Source of the DNA: Hyphomicrobiales bacterium
Lineage (GTDB): Bacteria > Pseudomonadota > Alphaproteobacteria > Rhizobiales > TMED25
DNA: 64,000 nucleotides
Assembly: GCA_049602435.1 (NCBI GenBank)
Contig: JBMYRO010000001.1
Coordinates: 62,456-126,455, forward strand
Direction of reading: 5' to 3'
Position numbers and translations under genes: made by a program. The stretch's first letter is position 1, and the number at the start of each line of letters is the position of its first letter. The notes below the pieces were generated by a model. That model saw only the letters and a list, made by a program, of their open reading frames with translations, was not told the DNA's origin and made no database searches. Shown here in pieces: positions 27,421-36,889 of the stretch.

Positions 27421-29244
27421 TTATTTACTCCACCAAGTGAGTAAATTGACATTGTATTCAGGCAAATTTTCATTGAATCCAAAAATATCCCACCTAGCAA
27501 TTCTAAGACCCTCTGAGTAGTAATGAGGTATAACATAGTAATTCCACTTTAGTACTCTATCTAGGGCTTTTGTAGAAGCAATCAAATCTGCCCTAGTTTC
27601 AGAATATATTATTTTATCAATCAGAATGTCCACAGCTTCATTTTGGATGCCGATAATATTTCTGCTACCCGCTGAGGTTGCAGATTCAGATCCCCAATAA
27701 TCTCTTTGTTCATTCCCGGGAGATAAGCTTTGAGGGAAAGTTGCTACAACAATATCAAAATCAAATTGATCCATCCTCTCCTGATATTGTGCGGTATCAA
27801 CAAGTCTAATATTTGACTCAATACCAATTGATCTCAAATTAGTTTGAAATTGACTGATTATCCTCTCCATATCCGGCTGCGAAATTAAAAACTCAATCAC
27901 AAAAGGTTGCTCATTTGATTTATCAATTAGTTTTCCATCTTTGATACCATAGCCCGCTTCTTTTAAAAGTCCTTGCGCTGCTTTGAGATTATTTCTGATG
28001 TTTTGAGTTGTTCCTCCAACAGAGTTTTTGTACTCCTTATTAAACACATCATCTTGAACTAAATTACTAACTTCAAGCAAGATCTCATTCTCTTTACCTT
28101 CTGGTAACAGAACAGATTCTAGCTCTGAATTATCAAAAAAACTGTCAATCCTTTGATACTGATTATAGAATAAATTAGCGTTTAGCCATTCAAAATCAAA
28201 TGCGAGATTTAATGCCTTTCTTACAGAAATATCTCTGAACTTGTCTCTTCTTAGATTCATGGCAAAAGCTTGCATACCTTGTACGTTGCTTAACTTAAAT
28301 ACTTCAAGTTTGACATCGCCATCATCCTTTGCAGCAAAATCATATCCCGTAGCCCATCTTTTTGAGGAATTCTCAAACACAATATCTATTTCACTTGCTT
28401 TAAATGCTTCAAGCTGTACTTGTCTATCTCTGAAATACTCAAAAACCAGCTCATTAAAGTTATGAAAACCCTTATTGACTGACAAATCTTTGCCCCAATA
28501 ATCTGTCACTCGCTCATATATAACGTTTTTATTAACATTTACCTCTTTAAACTTATATGGACCTGACCCTAGAGGAAAATCTAGTGTAGTATCTCCAAAC
28601 AAGCGTCCATCGCTCTCCCAATAATGTTTAGGTAAGATGGGGAATTGACCAGTAATCAACGGAAGCTCTCTATTTCCTGATATATCAAAATTGAATTTTA
28701 TTACCTTATCTGATAGAACCACTACATCAACTACATTATTATAATAATATTTATAATTTGGGTTTATTCCTTTTAGTGTTTCAAGTGACCATTTAACGTC
28801 TTGAGCGGTTATTTCCTGCCCATCGTGCCATCTAGCATCATCTCTAATTTTATATATCACGTATGAATAATCGTCAGGATGATATACACCCTCAGCCAAC
28901 AATCCATAGTAAGAAAATGGTTCATCGTCAGAATTTTTTAGGAGACTATCATATATGTAGTAGCTGCTTCCAATTGCTGGAACACCCTTCATATTGAATG
29001 GGTTTAAAGTATCAAAAGAGCCTATAGCTGCTTGAACAAGAGTTCCCCTTTTTGGTGCATCGGGATTTATATAATCAAAATATTGAAAATCTTCAGCATA
29101 TTTAAGATTATCACCAAGTGTTAATCCATGCATCCAGCTTAAATCTTCAATAGAGATTTTTTGGGAACTGTCGTCTGCATTTACATACCCAGAATGGGTT
29201 ATGAATGTAAATAAAAATACAAATATGTATATTATCTTAATCAT
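27421..29244 (-). CDS. yejA: Extracytoplasmic peptide-binding protein, family 5 (YejA-like)
   Basis: 607 aa with a signal peptide. The large SBP_bac_5-type sequence heads the yejABEF-order operon. Confidence 0.8.
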   Translation of the reverse strand: MIKIIYIFVFLFTFITHSGYVNADDSSQKISIEDLSWMHGLTLGDNLKYAEDFQYFDYINPDAPKRGTLVQAAIGSFDTLNPFNMKGVPAIGSSYYIYDSLLKNSDDEPFSYYGLLAEGVYHPDDYSYVIYKIRDDARWHDGQEITAQDVKWSLETLKGINPNYKYYYNNVVDVVVLSDKVIKFNFDISGNRELPLITGQFPILPKHYWESDGRLFGDTTLDFPLGSGPYKFKEVNVNKNVIYERVTDYWGKDLSVNKGFHNFNELVFEYFRDRQVQLEAFKASEIDIVFENSSKRWATGYDFAAKDDGDVKLEVFKLSNVQGMQAFAMNLRRDKFRDISVRKALNLAFDFEWLNANLFYNQYQRIDSFFDNSELESVLLPEGKENEILLEVSNLVQDDVFNKEYKNSVGGTTQNIRNNLKAAQGLLKEAGYGIKDGKLIDKSNEQPFVIEFLISQPDMERIISQFQTNLRSIGIESNIRLVDTAQYQERMDQFDFDIVVATFPQSLSPGNEQRDYWGSESATSAGSRNIIGIQNEAVDILIDKIIYSETRADLIASTKALDRVLKWNYYVIPHYYSEGLRIARWDIFGFNENLPEYNVNLLTWWSK

Positions 29245-29294
29245 AAGATAACTATAATTTATCTTGTTTATTATGTCTAATTTAAAAGAATATT

Positions 29295-29840
29295 CTATTC
29301 AATTGCAGAAACTGAGTCTGGTGATATATCATGAAGATAAGCAATTAAATCTGCACGATCTTCGGGTTTTCTGATACCAGCATAACCCATGATAGTGCCA
29401 GGCAACCATTTTTTTGGATTTTCAAGGAAATGGAATAAATTATCAAAGGTCCAAGCTTCACTATTTTCACCTTTTTCAGCTAATACACCTGAATAAGCGA
29501 ATCCATCAACACTGGCCATTTGGCGGTCAACAATGTTATACAAATTTGGTCCAATTTTGTTTGGAGCTCCTGCTTCAAAATTATGACATGAGACACATTT
29601 TTTTGCTACTTTTTCGCCATTTTCAGCACTTGCAAGAATCAGAAGTTCCATAACGTTTATTTCAACGACTTCAACTTCATCCATAAGTTGCTCAGTTTCA
29701 ACTGGAACATCTACTATATAAGCTTGTTGCTCAAGCTCATCTTCATGATAGAAGAAATCAGTGACAATAGTTAAAACCAAAATAAATAAAGCAGTCCCAA
29801 GTACAGCTCCAACAATTTTATTTATTTCAAAACTATCCAT
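29295..29840 (-). CDS. Membrane-anchored class I cytochrome c (CycM-like)
   Basis: It has an N-terminal TM anchor (IVGAVLGTALFILVLTIV) and the heme motif CVSCHNF, with a distal Met region (PGTIMGYAGI). I prefer ATG 29840 (MDSFEINK...) over 29894. Confidence 0.8.
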   Translation of the reverse strand: MDSFEINKIVGAVLGTALFILVLTIVTDFFYHEDELEQQAYIVDVPVETEQLMDEVEVVEINVMELLILASAENGEKVAKKCVSCHNFEAGAPNKIGPNLYNIVDRQMASVDGFAYSGVLAEKGENSEAWTFDNLFHFLENPKKWLPGTIMGYAGIRKPEDRADLIAYLHDISPDSVSAIE

Positions 29841-29969
29841 GTGTGTATGTCCAAATTCAATATTTTTATATATTAAATGGTTCTTTAAAACCACAAAAAA
29901 ATTTACTAATATTCAATAATATTGATATTTAATATCATAAATTTTTTTAATAATTGAAAATCATTAAAT

Positions 29970-30701
29970 ATGAACGATACGATTATTCTTATACCTGCAA
30001 GAATCGGTTCTACTAGACTGCCAAGAAAACCTTTATTAAAAATAAATGGAAGGGAAATGATACTTCATGTATGGGATAAAGCACAAGATACAAAAGCAGA
30101 AAAGGTTGTGGTTGCAACTGACTCCCAAGAAATAGCAGAAGTTCTGCATAAAGAAGGGGCTGAAGTAATTATTACAAATCCATCACATCAAAGTGGTACT
30201 GATAGGATTTATGAGGCCCTAAATAAACTGGATAAAGAAAAGTCATATAAATATATCATAAACCTTCAAGGTGACCTTCCTAATATCACATCTGATATTA
30301 TCAACCTTGGCATAGATAATATCAGAAACACTGATGCTGATATTTTGACTTATTGTAGAGAAATTGATGATCCAATTGATGTTGGCAATCCAAATATTGT
30401 TAAAATAGCAACACATAAAGAAAAAAATAATGAATTAAATGCACTGTACTTTTCAAGGTCTGCTATACCTTACGGCGCTAATATCTATTTTGAACATATC
30501 GGTATATATGTATATAAGAGGGATGCATTAGATCGGTTTGTGTCTATGAAGCCATCAACTCTGGAAACAACGGAGAAACTTGAACAGCTTCGTGCCTTGG
30601 AAGGATCAATGAAAATCAATCTAATTTTAGTAGATGATAAAATCATTAGCATTGATACAATAGATGATATAGAAAGATTAAGTAGTATTTCTGATAATTA
30701 G
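29970..30701 (+). CDS. kdsB: 3-deoxy-manno-octulosonate cytidylyltransferase
   Basis: 243 aa. IILIPARIGSTRLPRKPL at the N-terminus and QGDLP motifs are typical of KdsB. Confidence 0.88.
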   Translation: MNDTIILIPARIGSTRLPRKPLLKINGREMILHVWDKAQDTKAEKVVVATDSQEIAEVLHKEGAEVIITNPSHQSGTDRIYEALNKLDKEKSYKYIINLQGDLPNITSDIINLGIDNIRNTDADILTYCREIDDPIDVGNPNIVKIATHKEKNNELNALYFSRSAIPYGANIYFEHIGIYVYKRDALDRFVSMKPSTLETTEKLEQLRALEGSMKINLILVDDKIISIDTIDDIERLSSISDN

Positions 30702-30710
30702 GTGTAAATA

Positions 30711-31574
30711 ATGAATAAAAAAATTGTTTTCCAGGGAGAGATGGGTGCCTATTCTCATATTGCTTGCCAAAAAAAATACCCAGATATGGAACCTATTCCC
30801 GCGGCAACTTTTGAGGATGCCTTTGCAAAAGTAAAAAATAAAGAAGTTAAGTATGCTATGATTCCGATTGATAATTCTCTTGCGGGAAGAGTGGCAGACA
30901 TTCATTATTTATTGCCAACATCAGAACTTTATATAGTTGATGAATTTTTTCTTCCAATAGAACATCAATTAATCGTAGTTGATGGTGCTTCTGAAAAAAC
31001 AATAAAAAATGTGATGAGCCATCGTCATGCATTGGGTCAATGTAGAAATATCATATCAGAGTTGAAACTCAACCAGATAGTTGGTGCAGATACTGCTGGT
31101 TCTGCAAAGATCATTTCTGAAAACAATGACTTAACGACTGCTGTATTGGCAAGTGAACTAGCCGCCGATTTTTATGGACTAAAAATTTTAAAAAGGAATG
31201 TTGAAGACGCAAATCATAATACTACAAGGTTTATTATATTATCGGCTGAACCTGATGACGCAGAACCTAACCAGAAACCTACAATTACTAGCATGGTATT
31301 TAGAGTTAGAAATGTTCCTGCTGCACTTTATAAAGCCATGGGTGGGTTTGCCACAAATAGTGTAAACCTAACAAAGCTGGAGTCATATATTATAGGAGGC
31401 AGCTTTTCTGCAGCACAATTCTATGTTGATATTGAAGGGCATCCTCATGATGAGAACGTAAGATTAGCTCTAGAAGAATTAGACTTCTTTTCGAGTGAAT
31501 TGAGAATTCTTGGCGTATATTATGCAAGTGATTTGAGAAAAGAAATAAACAGCCAAGAGAGCTTTCTAAAATAA
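30711..31574 (+). CDS. pheA: Prephenate dehydratase
   Basis: 287 aa with a PDT domain (IVFQGEMGAYSH..., TRF motif NHNTTRFIIL) and a C-terminal ACT domain. Confidence 0.88.
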   Translation: MNKKIVFQGEMGAYSHIACQKKYPDMEPIPAATFEDAFAKVKNKEVKYAMIPIDNSLAGRVADIHYLLPTSELYIVDEFFLPIEHQLIVVDGASEKTIKNVMSHRHALGQCRNIISELKLNQIVGADTAGSAKIISENNDLTTAVLASELAADFYGLKILKRNVEDANHNTTRFIILSAEPDDAEPNQKPTITSMVFRVRNVPAALYKAMGGFATNSVNLTKLESYIIGGSFSAAQFYVDIEGHPHDENVRLALEELDFFSSELRILGVYYASDLRKEINSQESFLK

Positions 31575-31629
31575 AAATAGATAAGACAAGTATAAATAAG
31601 AAGTATTTGTACCAATATCAAAATTCATT

Positions 31630-31638
31630 TGTTATACT
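31630..31638 (+). promoter_or_regulatory. Extended -10 promoter candidate for ffs
   Basis: TGTTATACT matches TGnTATAAT at 8 of 9 positions. It ends 7 nt before the predicted SRP RNA 5' end (31646). No good -35 box is present. Confidence 0.4.
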
Positions 31639-31645
31639 TAACAAC

Positions 31646-31740
31646 GAGAAGTTAGTGTTGGACGTAATTGTCGCCAATCGGGTCAGGTCTGGAAGGAAGC
31701 AGCCCCAACGATTTTTTTACGGGTCAATAACTAGCTTCTC
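31646..31740 (+). ncRNA. ffs: Signal recognition particle RNA (4.5S, small bacterial type)
   Basis: It contains the conserved domain IV sequence GGUCAGGUCUGGAAGGAAGCAGCC. The terminal helix GAGAAGUUAG/CUAGCUUCUC closes a hairpin of about 95 nt. It is followed by ACTTTATTTT, a U-tract that could terminate transcription. It sits upstream of dnaX, which is classic synteny. Confidence 0.85.
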
Positions 31741-31773
31741 ACTTTATTTTCATCTGGTATTGAGTAGAATAAG

Positions 31774-33321
31774 TTGCCAAACACAGAATATAAAATTCTT
31801 GCAAGAAAATATAGACCAAGCTCTTTTGCTGAACTTATTGGTCAAGATAGCATGGTCAGCACCATTTCAAACTCAATCCATTCAGGTAGAATCCATCAAG
31901 CATACCTATTCACTGGGATAAGAGGTATAGGTAAAACTACCACAGCTCGCATTCTAGCTCGAACGCTAAATTACACACTAGATAATAAGGAATACATACC
32001 ATCAATTGAGTTAGATAAAATTGGACTGAACTGTGATGCAATTATAGAGTCGCGCCATCCCGATGTATTTGAAATGGATGCAGCTTCAAATACCGGTATT
32101 GATCATGTACGAGAAATCATCAATTTTGCTCAGACAAAACCTACAATGGCAAAATACAAGATATTCATAATTGATGAAGTTCATATGTTATCAAAACAAG
32201 CATTTAATGGCTTATTAAAAATATTGGAAGAACCTCCTGAACATGTGATTTTTATTTTTGCCACTACTGAGATTGAAAAGATTCCAATTACAATCTTATC
32301 AAGATGTCAAAAATTTAATCTAAAAAGAATTGATAATACTGTTATGAATGATTACCTCAGGAAAATCTGTGATAAAGAGCTAATAAAAATAGATAATGAT
32401 AGTATCAATATCATTTGTTCAGCTTCTGAGGGCTCAATGAGGGATGCCCTATCAATTCTTGATCAAGCAACATCACTCTGTGATGGGAATATAACATCTC
32501 AAATGTTATCTGAAATGCTAAACCTTAATGATATTAATTTTATAATTAGCTTATTTGGGATACTGATTGAAGGTGAGTCAACTAAAATAACAGATAAAAT
32601 AAAACAAATATATGAAAATGGTTTTGAACCATTACCATTGGCAAGAGATTTATCAAAAATCACTCATATTGCTTCAATGATCAAACTTGGGATTTCAACA
32701 CAAAGTGATCTTTTATCTAGTGAGCAACATACAGAAATTAAATCAATTATTAACGATATCGATATTTCAACGCTTGTCCATATGTGGCAAATATTATTAA
32801 AAGGAAATGAAGAAATAAAAAATTCCTTCGATCAAAATATTTCCCTTGAAATGCTCTTGATAAAATTATGTTATTCTAATCAATTGCCTCCTATAGAGGA
32901 CCTTGTATCAAAAATTGAGAACAGTATGGGTGATAATAAAACTGAAAACAACGATATTAAGCCCGAAACAAAAAAAATAAATGAACCCGCAGAAAACATA
33001 ATGCAAGAATTCATTATTCCTGAGTCCTATGAAGATATGAAATCATTATTAATTGAAAATGATATGAGATTAATATCAGAAATGGATAAATTAGATGTTA
33101 TTGAATATAAGATAGGTCAAATAGATTTAACTTCAAACGATGAGATTAACAAAGACATTATAAGTACATTACAATCAACACTTCAAAACCTAACAAATAT
33201 CAAATGGGATATAAATTTTATTGGAAAAACATCCCAAATGGATGAAGAAAGCTTGACCATTGAGAATATAAAAAAACATTTTCCAGATGCTGAAATAGTA
33301 AATGAAGAAGATAATATTTAG
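31774..33321 (+). CDS. dnaX: DNA polymerase III subunit tau/gamma
   Basis: YRPSSFAELIGQD, Walker A GIRGIGKTT, DEVHML and the SRCQ sensor are present. It has a TTG start and encodes 515 aa. Confidence 0.9.
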   Translation: MPNTEYKILARKYRPSSFAELIGQDSMVSTISNSIHSGRIHQAYLFTGIRGIGKTTTARILARTLNYTLDNKEYIPSIELDKIGLNCDAIIESRHPDVFEMDAASNTGIDHVREIINFAQTKPTMAKYKIFIIDEVHMLSKQAFNGLLKILEEPPEHVIFIFATTEIEKIPITILSRCQKFNLKRIDNTVMNDYLRKICDKELIKIDNDSINIICSASEGSMRDALSILDQATSLCDGNITSQMLSEMLNLNDINFIISLFGILIEGESTKITDKIKQIYENGFEPLPLARDLSKITHIASMIKLGISTQSDLLSSEQHTEIKSIINDIDISTLVHMWQILLKGNEEIKNSFDQNISLEMLLIKLCYSNQLPPIEDLVSKIENSMGDNKTENNDIKPETKKINEPAENIMQEFIIPESYEDMKSLLIENDMRLISEMDKLDVIEYKIGQIDLTSNDEINKDIISTLQSTLQNLTNIKWDINFIGKTSQMDEESLTIENIKKHFPDAEIVNEEDNI

Positions 33322-33333
33322 AAAGGAATAAGG

Positions 33334-33654
33334 ATGGATTTTTCTGAGATTATGAAACAAGCAAGTCAATTACAAGATAAAATGAAATCCGCGAAAGAAA
33401 ACATTGAAAATATAGAATGCGAAGGCTCCTCAGGTGGTGGTCTTGTTAATGTAACCGTCAATGGCAATGGAGAGTTAAAAAAAATTGATATTGATCCTAG
33501 TATCTTAGTCGCAAGTGAAAAAGAAATAATTGAAGATCTCATTATTGCGGCATTCAGTGATGCAAAATCAAAAATCAATGATGAAGTTGCAAAAAAAATG
33601 AAAGAAATAACCGGAGGACTACCACTTCCTCCCGGATTCAATCTTGGATTCTAA
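33334..33654 (+). CDS. ybaB: Nucleoid-associated protein YbaB/EbfC
   Basis: 106 aa. IMKQASQLQDKM...GSSGGGLVNVTVNGNGE is typical of the family, and it lies between dnaX and recR. Confidence 0.9.
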   Translation: MDFSEIMKQASQLQDKMKSAKENIENIECEGSSGGGLVNVTVNGNGELKKIDIDPSILVASEKEIIEDLIIAAFSDAKSKINDEVAKKMKEITGGLPLPPGFNLGF

Positions 33655-33657
33655 ATA

Positions 33658-34263
33658 ATGTCTTCTAGAGATCCCAACGAGATAGATAATTTTATTCGTC
33701 TATTATCAAAGATTCCCGGGCTTGGCCCCAGATCTGGAAGGAGAGCTGCGCTTGAACTAATTAAGAAGAGAGAACAACTTCTTTTACCATTGAAAGACTC
33801 TCTCATTGAGATTTATGAGAAAATAGTCCTTTGCCAAGTCTGCAATAATATTGACCTAAAGTCCCCATGCTCCATATGCAGTAACCAAAATCGTGACGAA
33901 AATATCATTTGTGTTGTCGAAGAAGTGGCTGACTTGTGGGCAATTGAGAGAGCTGGTGCAATAAAAGGTTATTATCACATTCTTGGCGGTGTACTTAATG
34001 CACTAGATGGAATAGGACCTGAAGAGTTAAATATTAATAAATTAGTGCATAGAATTGAAGAAAATAATGTCAAGGAAGTGATCCTGGCTCTTAGTGCAAC
34101 CATCGATGGTCAGACTACCATGCATTTCCTGAGTGACCTATTAAGTAAACATGATATTAGAATTACAAAATTAGCTCACGGTATTCCAATTGGAGGAGAA
34201 CTTGATTATTTAGATGATGGCACGCTCACACAAGCAATCTTATCAAGAACGGATGCTGACTAA
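33658..34263 (+). CDS. recR: Recombination protein RecR
   Basis: An HhH motif (LPGLGPRSGRR), a C4 zinc finger (CQVCNN...CSIC) and a Toprim domain are present. Confidence 0.92.
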   Translation: MSSRDPNEIDNFIRLLSKIPGLGPRSGRRAALELIKKREQLLLPLKDSLIEIYEKIVLCQVCNNIDLKSPCSICSNQNRDENIICVVEEVADLWAIERAGAIKGYYHILGGVLNALDGIGPEELNINKLVHRIEENNVKEVILALSATIDGQTTMHFLSDLLSKHDIRITKLAHGIPIGGELDYLDDGTLTQAILSRTDAD

Positions 34264-35342
34264 TCACTATCTTTATTGATTAAATTTTGATCGTTTGGCA
34301 CTTCTTCAATCAGATCAATTTTACGTCCACTCGTTGCAATTTTTTTTGATGAAACGATGATTTTCTCAATATCGTTATTAGCTAAATTAAAATGTTTTTG
34401 TAAATCTTGTACCCTATTGGTTAACCTATCCACATCAAGCAGAATATTGCCTACTTCACTTTTAATAATACCTAATTGCTTTTGCATATGAGCATCGCGA
34501 ATTAATGTTTGAAGAGTTTGTACTGTTAACATGAGTGTATTTGGAGACACTATTGTGATTCCAGTTCTGTATGCTTTTTGAATGATATCTTCAAAATTTT
34601 CATATAAATCTGCATAAATTGACTCCGATGGAATAAACATAACCAATGGTTCTCTTACCTCTCCAGGTATTTTGTATTTATCAGCTATATCATTTACATG
34701 TTTCAAAACATCTATCTTAATTTGTGAATTGGCTTTCTTTTTTTCTTCTAATGATTTTGCGGTTCTCAACTGATCAAAACTCTCAAGAGGAAATTTTGAG
34801 TCAATCACAATAACTTCATCTGAATTTGGCATTCTAATGATGCTATCAGGCCTCTTTCCATTTGTTAAAGTATGCTGGAATGAGAAGAGGTTGTTTGGTA
34901 GAGCATCAGCAATGATTGACTCCATTCTTGCTTGACCAAACGCCCCTCTTTGCTGCTTATTTGATAGAATACCTTGTAAATCAATTACATTATTTGATAA
35001 GTCAGTAATATTTTTTTGAGCATTATCGATAACTGCGAGTCTCTCAGACAACTTAGTCAAATCTGCATGTGTTTTCTCACGACTTTCTTTTAATTCTTCT
35101 TGTACTTTCTGATTTATTTTATCTTTGACTTCATCTATGGAATTTCTCAACCTATCATGGTTTCCATTAAATAAATCTGCTAAAGATTTAATCTTTAAAT
35201 CTAATTCGTTATTTTGTTTCAATAACTCTGCAATTTCACTAACGGAAGCTCTACTATTTTTTTTACTTTGAATCAGTAGTAAAAATATTAAAATTGTTGA
35301 AATTGCTAATATTATTAGAATTATTAATGTAGTATCTAGCAT
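34260..35342 (-). CDS. rmuC: DNA recombination protein RmuC
   Basis: It has an N-terminal TM helix, a long coiled coil and a C-terminal RmuC nuclease-like domain (VVIDSKFPLESF..., VMFIPSESIY). It converges on recR with a 4-nt overlap. Confidence 0.85.
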   Translation of the reverse strand: MLDTTLIILIILAISTILIFLLLIQSKKNSRASVSEIAELLKQNNELDLKIKSLADLFNGNHDRLRNSIDEVKDKINQKVQEELKESREKTHADLTKLSERLAVIDNAQKNITDLSNNVIDLQGILSNKQQRGAFGQARMESIIADALPNNLFSFQHTLTNGKRPDSIIRMPNSDEVIVIDSKFPLESFDQLRTAKSLEEKKKANSQIKIDVLKHVNDIADKYKIPGEVREPLVMFIPSESIYADLYENFEDIIQKAYRTGITIVSPNTLMLTVQTLQTLIRDAHMQKQLGIIKSEVGNILLDVDRLTNRVQDLQKHFNLANNDIEKIIVSSKKIATSGRKIDLIEEVPNDQNLINKDSD

Positions 35343-35419
35343 TTTTTCTTAATTTGTGGGTTGTGCTTTTTATTCTAATATGTTTTCAATTAAAATACTA
35401 ATTTAATATAGAGTAATTT

Positions 35420-35932
35420 ATGATCCATCAAATTCTTACAATACCCAATAAAATACTTCGAGAGCGATCTGAAGAAGTTACGAATATAGACAAAAACATC
35501 ATCAAAACACTTGATAATATGGCAGAAACCATGTACGCAGCCCCAGGTATAGGGCTTGCTGCAATACAGATAGGTATTAAGAAAAGACTTGTTGTGATTG
35601 ATTGTAATTACAATCAAGAAACAAAAAAAAATCCGCTTTATTTTATTAACCCAGAAATCATTTGGAGATCTGAAGAAAAAAACATCTATAAGGAAGGGTG
35701 CTTATCTATTCCAGAATTTTATGAAGAGGTAGAGAGACCTTCCAAGTGTAAGGTGAGGTTTTTAGATAAAAAAGGTATAACTAAAGAACTTGATTGTGAG
35801 GGAATTCTAGCGACATGCATACAACATGAAGTAGATCACCTAGATGGTAAATTATTTATCGATTATCTATCAAGACTTAAAAAGTCTTCCATAGAAAAAA
35901 AATTTAAGAAATCTAATAAACGAAAAAATTAA
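35420..35932 (+). CDS. def: Peptide deformylase
   Basis: Motifs GIGLAAIQIG, EGCLSIP and QHEVDHLDG. Confidence 0.92.
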   Translation: MIHQILTIPNKILRERSEEVTNIDKNIIKTLDNMAETMYAAPGIGLAAIQIGIKKRLVVIDCNYNQETKKNPLYFINPEIIWRSEEKNIYKEGCLSIPEFYEEVERPSKCKVRFLDKKGITKELDCEGILATCIQHEVDHLDGKLFIDYLSRLKKSSIEKKFKKSNKRKN

Positions 35933-35943
35933 AGTTTTTTAAA

Positions 35944-36873
35944 ATGAAATTAATTTACATGAGTTCTTCTGATTTTGGTGAGCCAGCTCTCAAGAGCTTA
36001 ATCTCCTCCCATCATGAAATTGCTGGTGTTTATACTCAGCCTCCAAAGAGATCCGGACGTGGAATGAAATTCACAAAGTCTCCAATTTATAAGATTGCAG
36101 AAGAACATAACTTATTAATCAAAACCCCACATAATTTAACAGATGAAGATGAAATTAAGTCACTGAAACAATTAAGCCCTGATATTGGGGTTGTTGTATC
36201 ATATGGATTAATTATTCCTAAAAAATTTCTTTCTATTCCAAGATATGGCTTTCTCAATATTCATCCATCACTTTTACCCCGATGGAGAGGTGCGGCTCCA
36301 ATCCAAAGAGCTCTAATTGAAGGGGATAAGGTCACTGGAGTCAATATTATTAGGCTTGATGAGGGTCTTGATACAGGCGATATATGTAAATATCACGAAA
36401 TACCAATAAATATGGATGATAATTACGCTACGCTCTCTGATAAATTAGCTGAAATTGGAGCAAAACTTCTTCTGGATTCTCTATCAGAATTTTCAAATGG
36501 GAAAATTAAATTTATAAAGCAAAAAGATGTGGGAATTACATACGCAAAAAAAATCGTTAAAGAGGAAACTAAAATTGATTTTAATAAACCATGTAAGAAC
36601 GTTGTTAATTTAATAAAAGGGCTTAGCCCATATCCTGGTGGCTGGTTCACATATATAAATGGAGAGAACAGTTTTAGAGCAAGAATCCTTTATGCGATCG
36701 AAAGTCAATTATCTGGTGCGCCCGGTGAAGTATTGGATAGTAATCTAACTATTGGATGTGCTGATAAGTCAATTAGTCCTATACTAATTCAGAAAGAAGG
36801 CAAGAAACCAATCCATATTGAGGAATTCTTACGTGGAACCAAAATTATAGAAGGAAGCATACTGAATCAGTAA
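35944..36873 (+). CDS. fmt: Methionyl-tRNA formyltransferase
   Basis: 309 aa with FLNIHPSLLPRWRGAAPIQRA. It lies downstream of def. Confidence 0.9.
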   Translation: MKLIYMSSSDFGEPALKSLISSHHEIAGVYTQPPKRSGRGMKFTKSPIYKIAEEHNLLIKTPHNLTDEDEIKSLKQLSPDIGVVVSYGLIIPKKFLSIPRYGFLNIHPSLLPRWRGAAPIQRALIEGDKVTGVNIIRLDEGLDTGDICKYHEIPINMDDNYATLSDKLAEIGAKLLLDSLSEFSNGKIKFIKQKDVGITYAKKIVKEETKIDFNKPCKNVVNLIKGLSPYPGGWFTYINGENSFRARILYAIESQLSGAPGEVLDSNLTIGCADKSISPILIQKEGKKPIHIEEFLRGTKIIEGSILNQ

Positions 36874-36889
36874 GCAGTGATAACAATAA

